From Yuukianura sp. NJ FZ-2021 (taxonomy: Eukaryota): DNA of 64,000 nt. The position numbers and the translations under genes are program-made. The notes beneath the pieces are model-generated. The model worked only from the letters and a program-made list of their open reading frames with translations. It was not told where the DNA came from and did not search any database. Shown piece after piece: positions 29,768-40,199 of this stretch. Location of the stretch: contig CM102284.1 of NCBI GenBank assembly GCA_046563655.1, positions 6,882,001 to 6,946,000 on the forward strand, given 5' to 3'. Each line of letters begins with the position of its first letter. The stretch's first letter is position 1.

Positions 29768-30642
29768 ATGGGTGGATCACGATCAATCAATTTGCTTTCT
29801 ACAGATCCCGATCTAAATCAACTCGTGTAAGCCCTTCAACAAAACAGCGGAAGAAAATTTAAAGCAGGAAATTTGTTGACCTTTGACCTTGTTGTTGCAG
29901 AGTTGCAGAAGACGAGTACATGAGGCAGCAGCGACTCAGTTCCAACGCAGACGCAATGACCCAGACCTTGCTAGAACCACTTTGGCGCATCCGCAGTGCC
30001 TTCAATGATGCCATGGCGCCAATGGAAGCTGGGCTAGACGCACTGAGCAGGAGCGGATCATTGTTGTTTCCTCTGGACGAATCCAGCGACGAAGATGACT
30101 CCGACGATAGCCAGCGCCAGGATTTTGATCTGCGTCAAAATTTTCCAAACAGCCAGAGCATTTCCGAAGATCAGAAATCACTCTTTGGTGGCTCAACGTA
30201 TCAAAATTTCCTCTTTCTGCTCAAAGACACAGCAACTGCTGCCAATATGTACTTGGTCTACCTCCAAAAAATGCAAAAAGTACATGAATCTGCTCGAATT
30301 CTTTGGAAATCAACTACAAGAAACCAAACCGAGATGATTAATAACTTCATCGACGACTATCGTCCAGATCTCCTTCAAACTAGACTCTTCGCATCCAAAA
30401 TTTCATTTGTAATTAACATGACCCAGACAATGTTAGATGCTACACAGAGTTCAATTGAAAGTGCTCGAGTCACATGGAATTGTTGCATGAGAACAATCAA
30501 GTCAATTTCAAAATACTTTTATGAAAACAACTGCCCACTTCCGACTGAAGATCCGCTTTGCCGCAATTTCCTCATGTTCTACTGGCATCAACTTCAAGCC
30601 GACATGGTTGAAGATTCGCAAATTATAAAAATCAAAAACTGA
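29768..30642 (+). CDS. Uncharacterised, probably helical protein, 2 exons, ~266 aa
   Basis: Exon 29768-29826 (MGGSRSINLLSTDPDLNQLV, donor GTAAGC) splices in frame at TTGCAG to 29901-30642, which contains the 240-aa ORF. Acidic patch DESSDEDDSDD. AATAAA near 30778. No family recognised. Confidence 0.7.
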
Positions 30643-30950
30643 GATAATCAATTTCAGGATTTTAACAAAATATAAGTTTGAGTTCCATTTTTGGCCAAAT
30701 TTGGAAAGTTAGAAAAAGAAAGAATAATTTTGTAATATTTTTAGTCACTAGACACGCACATGAGCCACTTTTTGGTCAATAAACTCGGGATTTCTTTGTC
30801 ATACGCTTGGCGTATGCGTATTTAGTTGTAAAATTTTTTGAGGTTTGGAAAATTCCGAAACTTTCAAAATTATAACTTCAAAACCATAAATTTCCTGTCC
30901 CTGACACCAAATATAGACTAAACGTAAGGAGGAAATCTTTCCTTAAAGTG

Positions 30951-30956
30951 TCAGTT
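30951..30956 (+). promoter_or_regulatory. Possible arthropod Initiator (TCAGTT) for the four-TM gene
   Basis: Matches the TCAKTY Inr consensus about 120 nt upstream of ATG 31072; a short motif that could be chance. Confidence 0.3.
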
Positions 30957-31071
30957 CACCCGCCTAAGTCACATTTTAGTTACTTTTCTACAATTTCTGT
31001 TCCTTTTTGGAAATTTCGTTAGTTTTTCAAAATCTCGGAAATTTCTCGAAAATCTTGAACTTTCTCGGACT

Positions 31072-31854
31072 ATGGGAGTAGCAGTCAATTATGGAGTGAG
31101 ATTCCTAGCTTCGTTCTCTACTGTAAGTTGTATAGACTTTTTCAGAATTACAATTTTCATTATAGTTAAGCTAATTTTCAATGTGTTTTGTAGTTTTTTG
31201 GAATTTTGGCACTCATAATTTGCTGTTGGACGTTTGGATCCATGGTAGTTTTTCATTCACGTTTCGAAATTAGTATGAACACAAATGAAACGGAAGTGGT
31301 TTCGGAAGAAACGAATCCGGAGATGTCAGATCTGTGGGCCAAACTGTGTCACATGTCAGACCGATTTCGAATTATTATGTACGCTGCTTTGTGGGTAGCC
31401 ATTGTTGCCTTAATTACTCAAATTACATCAGCGCTTCTCATCTTCTTTCAAAAAAACGCGGTAAGTCGGTAGTAGAAGAGAAATTTTTTAAAGTTATGGG
31501 AAAACTCAAAAAATTTGACATTTTCTTTTGGAATTTTATGAACAGAAAGCATGGCGAATCTCCAAGCACTTTGTTGGAATTCATTTCGTTGTTTTCGGAA
31601 CGTTGTTGTGTTGCCTCCTCGTTCCACTAGCGGAAGATCGTGGACGAAACTTGGATCAGAAATTTTCAACGTTCAATGATTACATCATGAGAGAATTTGA
31701 CACATTTGGGACACAGGGGATCAAGTACATTGTCCAGGATTTCCATGCTTACTACTTTATACTGTCTACTGACATTGCCATAATTTTCGTCTGTATGGTC
31801 ACTGCATGTTGTCTACTTCGGTGTGAAACAGAACGACGCTACGATTCAGTCTAA
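31072..31854 (+). CDS. Small four-transmembrane protein of unknown family, 3 exons, ~208 aa
   Basis: Exons 31072-31122, 31194-31460 and 31546-31854 join in phase 0. Four hydrophobic segments (FSTFFGILALIICCWTFGSMVVF; IIMYAALWVAIVALITQITSALLIFF; FVGIHFVVFGTLLCCLLVPL; YYFILSTDIAIIFVCMVTACCLL). The stop codon overlaps AATAAA. Confidence 0.8.
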
Positions 31855-32154
31855 ATAAAATCGAAAAACTTTGTCATAAATTTTTCAAAATTTGACGAAT
31901 TGTGAATCACGTATTTTCTGTTTTCCCAATTTCGCATAGAGTTGGCTCTATTACCACTTCCGGCGTGAAAACAGAATTAAAGTGCGGTCAACTTCACAAA
32001 TGTTTTGGGGAAAATTCTTGAATTTTTTGAAATTCCAATGATTTTGCAAGTGCGAAAGAAAAATTCAGTCAGAATGAAGAAACGAGCTGGCTCACGCTTA
32101 CAACTTTTGAATTGGAAAGTTTGGATTCGAACGTAGAAACTGCAGTTTGTTCAA

Positions 32155-34612
32155 ATGGATCCAAAAAGCGTCAAAATTTTTCAAATTTCAAAAATTCATA
32201 GTTTACTTCAAATAATTTTGATTTTGAGTGGTGAAAGTCTGAGTTGTTCTGAATTTGGTCCAGAAGATTACAAAAACGGTCAAAGAGCCCCACAAATTTT
32301 GATTTCAACTGCACCAGATCATATCAAATTTTTCGATGGAAACTACACAGTGTTAATTGATGGAATTGGAATTAACGTTCGGTTTGACTGCTGGGCTCCT
32401 TACCCAATCGATGTAGAGTTCAAAGGTCACTTGGTAAGTGAAGGTCATTGACCTTATAATTGCAATTTGAATGTAAATGACCTCTGACCTAACTTTTAGA
32501 CCAATCGTGGAGCCAAAGTGGGTCTGATTGAGAGACGAGTGAAAGATCCAGAGGATTTGTCCACGTACTGTTTCAGTATCAACGTTACACTGGCGGCATA
32601 TGAAGAAATCACTGGAGAATATGGATGCTTTGCAGTCCAAAATCGGACACTACGGAGTTCTCATTACATCTACCACGCAGGTATAAAGTTTCCGAAAACT
32701 GATTTTGTTCAAATTTTGAAATTTTTGAAAGTTCATATTTTTCAATTTTATCAATTTTGTTCTCAAAGTTGACGCGCCCGAGGCGCTGCTTAACCGGAAC
32801 ATGGGCATCCGCTTGATGCTTGACCTTGACCAAAGTTTTACGACCCTGCCCTGTCCAACGTCCAATCCGAAGGAACCCGTGTTTCTATACAAAGTCTGAA
32901 CTTACATTTTAAAAAAGTGAAATTTTGGAACTTTCTGTTGAAGAAAGTTAACTTTTTTGAATTGATGTTTACAGGAAGTTAGTCCAGGAGAGTTACAGCA
33001 AATCCAGGTTTTCGGAAACGCAATTCGGTATGATCCGAAAGTCGGATTTGTCATCCTAACGTCTTTGCTGGAAACGGACAAACCGGTTCGGTACAGATGC
33101 GCAACGAAGTTGGGAACGCGTGATGTTGTTGATATCATTGTCAGTCAACCGAAAAGTAATTCGTTACAAATTAATTGATTAGTTAATTGGAAAGTACATT
33201 TTTTATGCCAAAATTGTAGTAATTCCAACCCCTGGCCACAAAATCTTGAAATTCAAAGAGGGAGACAAGCTAAAAGTAAACTGCAAAGCTTCAGAGGACT
33301 TTCTTTTTGAAAATTCAAATCAAGAGGTCAAAGGTCAAACAATTCTTGCTTCGAAAACACAGAACAGAGGTTATCCTTATGTCAAATCATACGTGGTTGA
33401 CCAATTACGAGCAGGAGACAGCGGACTGCTCAGTTGCGTTCCGACTAAAGCAGACGTAGCTCCATTTGAATGGTCTTATATAACACTCAAGAAAGGTAAA
33501 TTTTGAAAAAGCTGTTCAAATTTCAAGTTCAAGATTTTGATTTCTTTTAAGAAAAAAATGAAACTAAAGAAGAGAAGCGGAAAGCGTCGGAGAGGGCGAC
33601 ATTGAATTCGGTTGAATGCAAGTTACCTTCTGGGAAAATGCGAATTGCACTGCACGACTGCGCTAACTGGGTAGAATGCAATTTGCGGAAATGTAACTAC
33701 TTGGTAAACACTCCCAAATTTGTTTATATTATATTATTGATTTTCAAATAATATTTAATGTATACTCTTTTTAATAAACTTAGGATAGGAACTGTGGCTC
33801 TGTTAAATGTGACGATGCCAAAACGAGCAACTGTGTCAAAAATGGAATCATTCAGTGCTTCAATTCTAACAATCAGTCTGCCCAGTCTGAGATATTCTTC
33901 ACAGGAATTCACAGTCAACGAATTTGTAATTAATAACACTCCTATTAGTAATTCAATTTTTCAATTTTAAATCAAATTTTGAAATTTCACAAAACTTATT
34001 TTTGAAGATACGAATTGGAACAGTGCACCACCCAATTTGATTTTGAAAATTGTCGGCGCCGGAAATTTCTCAAACGAAAATTTAACTACATCGAAATCAG
34101 TTGAAGCGGAATTCGTTTGTGAAGGTTCCACATTCGTATTTGCTGTAGGATTCAAATGGTACTTGATTCACGCTGATCAAAAACAGTTGCCAGTCCTAAT
34201 TCCTGATGGTAATGTTTGGAAATTTTGAAATTCTTCGGTTTCTGAAATTTTGAAAAAATTATGATGTATGATTTTAAACAGAAAATGTTCAACACAAATG
34301 GAAAAATGTTGAATACAAAAACGTGATTCGATCCGTCGTTAAAATAAACGTTACCAGTCCAATTTCGCAAATTATTTGCAAAGCACCCATTTGGAATTCC
34401 ACCGAATGGAGAGAACATGCAGTCAATTTCAGTAAGTTTTTAAAATATATTATATTATTATAATAATAATTTTATTAATAATATAAATTCCAGCTCTTTT
34501 CCAAAATGACACGGGAAGGATGAATCCCGCTGCTAGCGCTACTGGACTACCTCGTTTTTCTTTTACTTTCAAATCTTTCACTTTCATAATTTTTTTGACA
34601 ATTAGACTTTAG
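32155..34612 (+). CDS. Multi-Ig-domain cell-surface protein resembling the PDGF/VEGF receptor (Pvr/VEGFR) ectodomain, with no kinase, 10 exons, ~601 aa
   Basis: Exons 32155-32433, 32500-32680, 32769-32893, 32975-33155, 33220-33495, 33552-33703, 33784-33925, 34008-34208, 34282-34431 and 34494-34612 total 1806 nt and stay open. Signal peptide; Ig-type Cys pairs (FDC..TGEYGC; LPCPTSNPKEPVFLYK..YDPKVGF..YRC; VNC..DSGLLSC; FVC..FKW..IIC); hydrophobic C-terminus then stop. Confidence 0.8.
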
Positions 34613-35975
34613 TTTTAAGCGTTTACGTATTTTTGAAAATTGGAAATCAATCAAAATCTGAATTCGTTTTTCTTTTGTAACTAAAAAACTAAGAGAATTA
34701 AAAACCGCAAGGAGAGTGACATATGGATCCAATTTCGGTTTTTTCCGTTTCCTGTTTCGTGACGACAGAATCTATTCCCGTCCATCAGCATGTTTGAGCC
34801 CAACGTGTCTTTTATTTTGTCATAAAGAACAGAACTTAACTTCTAAAACTTTTTTGAGTCCATTGCTTTCTCCAAACATCCAAGGAGATTGTGACCACGT
34901 CATTCGTATTGATCGACACTTTCCGCCTTCTCCGATTGAATCCGACCGTAAACACTCCCTGGTTCCAGGGAGTGCTTTCCCGGCGGAGAAAGTGGAGCCT
35001 TTAGGCCCCGTATGTTCCACTTTTTCTGGATTACCTTCCCTTTTCGCCATTTGTCTCACAGGCTTATGGGAGTAGCATCTCAGTTAGTCACCTGCTTCCA
35101 ACATAACCTAATTCAATACTTGTGACTCATTGACACTTTACTTCATTAACAGCCGCCTCCAGAATAATCAGGTCAAGTGACCCACTTCACACTTTGGTGT
35201 CTGGACAAGTACAACTACTGGAGTGTCCTTAAGAAGTGTCAAATCCACTCACACAACAAAAGACTTTCACAAGGTGAGAACTTTCACAAGATTGAGGGTT
35301 TGGGGCTAAGCGTTTTGCTTAATTTAGGTTATGCTTTTTTGATGTTTTTAGGTTAGATTTTTAGAGAAGACGTTGATTGATGGTAGAATGGTTTGAGTTT
35401 TAGAAGATGTGGGAATTGTTAGGCTATTTTGTTAGGGTATTGCTTATCAATGTGTGGCAGCTGTTTGTGGTATGGTGGCTTTTATCCACGTTGCATTGTG
35501 TTAATTGTCTTCGTAGGAATCCATATGTGATCGAAACGGAAGGGGTTGTGGCTTTGGCAAGGAAAGTTTTGACAAAGTCTAACGCACAGTTTCAAATTCA
35601 AGTGCAACGTGCTAATTTTCAAGTGTATTACATATAATTCAATTATTAATTACAATACCATAATTAATAACATAACTAAATCAGATCAACGCAATTAAAG
35701 CCGAGGAGAAAGTTGGTGAAAGTTGAGCAGGAAATTTTGTAACGGAGGATATTTGTCAAACGGTGCCAAAATTAGGATAAGAATTATATTAAAATACTTA
35801 AAATTTATGTTAAATTACTACAAAAATATGTTAAATACGTAAAAAAATATGTTAAATTATACTAAAGAAGGATGTTATGATATGTATTATACATTGTTTT
35901 CGTTCCTAGGTCACTCAGGTCTCAGCCAATCGGTGACAAGGATTCTGGTAGGAGCCGAAGTGATATCAAGGTCAA

Positions 35976-36838
35976 ATGGCTGGGGGTGGGGAGAAGTGGG
36001 GCGGGGGCGGTGGGAAGGATGCTGCTGATCAAAATTTTGACTACATGTTCAAACTACTGATAATTGGGAACAGTAGTGTCGGTAAAACTTCGTTTCTGTT
36101 TCGGTATGCCGACGACTCCTTCACCTCTGCATTCGTGTCCACCGTGGGAATTGACTTCAAGGTCAAAACGGTATTTCGGCAGGACAAAAGAGTCAAATTG
36201 CAGATCTGGGATACCGCGGGTCAAGAGCGGTACCGCACGATTACAACGGCGTACTACCGTGGAGCCATGGGTTTCATCCTCATGTATGATATTACAAATG
36301 AAGAGTCCTTTAACAGTGTTCAAGACTGGTAACTAAAATTTAGACCTTTTGCATTTTGAAATTTCGAAATTTTGACCTAAAACTTCAAATTTTGACTTTT
36401 TGACAGGGTGACACAGATCAAAACGTACTCTTGGGACAACGCCCAAGTGATTCTGGTGAGTTTACTTAATGTTTTGATACATTGCATAACCTCGGTTACT
36501 TACATTGTGCATATATTTTGACTTTTGAGCTCAACTTGACCTTTGACCTTATGCTTTTGAAATTCCAGGTTGGCAACAAATGTGACATGGAGGACGAGCG
36601 GATTATCTCATACGAGCGCGGAAAGCAATTGGCAGATACCCTGGGAGTCGAATTTTTTGAAACTTCGGCCAAGGAAAACATCAATGTAAAAGCAGTTTTT
36701 GAGCGTCTCGTTGACATTATTTGTGACAAAATGTCAGAATCACTGGACTCTGACCCTAACCTAGCCAATTCTGCAAGGGGCAGTCGACTCCATGACTCTG
36801 GGTCAGGAAATCCACAGAACGGGTCATGTCAATGCTAA
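35976..36838 (+). CDS. Rab3: Ras-related protein Rab-3, 3 coding exons, ~223 aa
   Basis: Exons 35976-36328, 36407-36455 and 36569-36838. [81 protein letters not shown]-terminal CQC prenylation motif. A probable 5'UTR intron ends at the acceptor near 35909. Confidence 0.98.
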
Positions 36839-38362
36839 AGCGACTTCAAAATCTACTTCCAAAAAATTAAGTCTGGAGGAACCCTTAATATTAACGTACT
36901 GGAGTTAGTTTCAAGAATTTTCAAGTACCCCCTCCGCAGTCTCAAAAACTTTCTTCACACTGTCACTTTTCAAAAAAATGTCCTTTTAGTTTCCCCAGAT
37001 TTTCCCGTTTTTTCTGAAAACTGATTTTCAAAATCTATTTCTTGTGATCTGACCTTTGACCTCTCCCCATATCACTTCTCTGACCAACATTCCAGTTCCG
37101 ACTACCGAAATTTTAGTCTAAAACGAATAGAAACCAAAGATTGTATTATAAAAGTTAGGTTATTAGCTAACTTTAATTGACTTTTGTCATGTTCTGTAAC
37201 AGTGTTAAATGGTACTCGTGAATACCAAAGGTAAATGACCCGGTGCTAGGAGAATGTCAGAGGTCACTGACCTCTTAAAAGTTTTGACCTCCTGACCTTT
37301 CCAAAAACTCGTGTCTTGTCCTGATAATTGTAAAATGTAATTACTAGTAAGTGTTTGCATTTGCAACTTATAGAAAGTGAAAGTGTCTGAGCAAAAATAC
37401 AAAATGAAACTGTAACATTTTCGAAAACGTTTTTCCCAAAATGTAAAAATTTCCGTTTTTCTCCTGTAAATTGTGGATTTCAGTGTCAATTTCCGTGTTT
37501 TTCGAAATTTCATGTTTCGTCCAAGTGTTTAAAGTTGTAAATTTTTAAACGTAGAGAGTTGGTCTATAGGTCAAGAGGTCAAAGTGACCTCGAATGAACC
37601 GAAATTGGGTCTGTACTTATTCCTACCTTGTAATTAACTGGTTCACTGTGAGGTGAATAGTAATGTTTGATTCGCAAGGTCTAATTATTTGTAGTCGTGT
37701 TACTAGTTAACATTTAAAACCAAGGGTTAGGCTAACAACCTAACTTAATTGAGGGTGTAAATTAATTGTAGATTAAAGTTAATTAAAGTTAGGGAGGAAA
37801 AGAAAGTCCTGTTGGTCACCCATTTCAAAAGTGAATCTCTCCAGGCATCTTTTTTGCGGAAATTGACAATGAGCTCTGTAAACTAAAATCTAAATTAGCC
37901 TAACTACTCAGTGTCTCGTCTCTAAACAACCAAAGATTCTCTTTTAGGTGTCTGTATATAATATAATTCATTAAATGTAAATAATTAAAGTTAAAGTTAA
38001 AACAAATTCGGAAATGTTATACTAAAAGAAACCAGCCAAAATTTCCAAATTACTGGTATTAAAAGGAAGGAAAAAGTGAAAGTTCCGCTGCCTTGATGAT
38101 GATTACTGTTAGTTCGCATAGAAAGTTGAAATAGTTTAGTTCAAATTTTAATTTTAATTAGTTTTAATTCATATTTTAATCAAGTTACAACTTTAAACAT
38201 AAGTTAGGGAGGAGCTGCTGATTTTGAATCTGACAAATTCCTGTTGCACGTTGATTGTTTTTGATGGTTTATTTTGTTGTTCCAAATTTTGAAGTTGACA
38301 AACAAGTTTTTGAAATTGCAAATTGGAAAAACAGATAAACAGAGGATTGAAATCAGGATTTG

Positions 38363-39945
38363 ATGTGCCAAGATCTTGAATCTCGATTCCTTAAAGTTCA
38401 TGTGAGTTCATTTGGAAGTGACCAGAAGGTAGACAGTACCGTCGTGGACAACTAGTTTCAAAATTTTGAAAAATTTTACTTTAGAAATGAAGAAATTCAG
38501 AGAAACTCTTAAAATTCTGATTCTTTTACCAATTTTGTTTGAAAATGTGTTTTCACAGGTTGATTTTAGGGTGGTTGGAGACAGCATCATTACAGAAGGT
38601 ATTTCTTCAAAATTTTAAAAATTTGTAGAATTTCAAAAAATTCAGCTGTAATTTCAAAATTGTTTACAGCCAGCCTTAGTTCACTTTCTGGTGATGAAAG
38701 TCAAGAAATAACGCAAGATGTGAAGACCGGAGTTACCGAATCTGTTACTGTTGTAGAAGATACTGCAAACCAGACTGAGGGGTCAAATGCTACCAGTTGG
38801 GGAGAAGGTCAAGGTCAACCACTACCAGACGTACCTAAACCTAATTCGGCTACTTATCCATGGCTGGTACGCTTTCAAAATGATTTGTCGAAAAGTTGAA
38901 AGTTTAGCTAAACTTCAAAAAGTCAACGATTTGCACCTGAATTTAAAATTTTTTGAATTTTTTAAAAATCTCATTTTCATTTTATTGCAGGCTTCAATTC
39001 AACTTAACAACAAACATCTATGCACTGGAACGCTGATTGATAATTCACATATCCTTACCACAGCGTACTGCCTCTTCCAGTAAGTTTTTGGAGTATTTTT
39101 TGAATTCGGATGACCCCAAAGGTCAAAAATCAAAATTTTGATTATTTTTTTTAAACTTTAGATTGAGTCCTCAAGAATTGGCTGAAATTGAACTCCGAAT
39201 TGGCTTTGAAGTTACTCCCTTAAGGGCCCGGCGTCACTTCGAACTCAGCAAGGGCCCATTTGCAACTGAAAAGGTCAAGAGGTCAATCCGACACTTACGT
39301 TTCAGCCCCACCACAGGAGTGAGTAACCTCAAAGTGTATTTTATGAAATTTTCTTAGATTTTCTGAAATGAAAACTCGTTTTCCAAATTGTTATTTTTTT
39401 TCTTGTTTTTGCAGTACAATGACATTGCTCTGTTGGAACTTCTGGTTCCACTTGGAAGTGACAAGGGAGTGCATCCAGTAGAACTGGTCGAGGTCAATGA
39501 CCTGTCAATGGACACAATGTTTCACCATATCATAGGATGGAGAGATGGACTGGACTTGAATGGCCAAGGAGCAGAGTACTTTCGCAGTCAGCTGAGTCAG
39601 GGCGTGAGCCTTGACAACTGTCGTAAAGGCTACATTGACATTCTGGATCCACAAGGCATTTCACCCGGAATGATGTGCAGTGGCGGCGACGTTGAAGCGA
39701 CAAGTTGTCGCTGGAAATTCGGAACGCCACTGTTGGTCAGCGGTGGGTCAAACACAACTGACGACGTGACCTCCAAGAGGGCAGTTGACCTCAGACAAGC
39801 TGGAATCTTCTCTTGGGGAAGCGAAGCTCTTTTGCCAGAGTGCAGATTCGGTCAAGAAAGGCCAACGCCTCTAGTTTTTACAAGAGTAACTTCCTATTCA
39901 GAGTGGATCCAGAAAAATTTAAAACAAAATTGGAATTTTGTCTAA
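38363..39945 (+). CDS. Catalytically inactive serine-protease homolog (chymotrypsin/S1 fold); 5' end uncertain
   Basis: Spliced exons give YPWLASIQLNNKHLCTGTLIDNSHILTTAYC (His replaced by Tyr), YNDIALLEL (Asp kept), MMCSG, CRWKFGTPL (GDSGGP lost), GIFSWG and VFTRVTSYSEWI. The start codon and first exons are tentative. Confidence 0.85.
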
Positions 39946-40199
39946 ACCATTTTCTCAAAATTAAAAAAAAATTCAACTTTTCAAGAATTTAACTCCTAGC
40001 CAACAAGTCAAATGGGAGTTGATGGAAACAAAACTAACCCAAATTATTTCAAAACGTAAATAAAGTCAAAGAAAAAGAGATGAACAGGGATGAATAACTA
40101 CACATATTATTTTCAAAAAAGTTTCGTAATTTTTCAAAACTCGACAGACAGAATAGTATTTTAGGTTTTTTTAAACCAGTTTTTAGAAGCTAAACGAAG

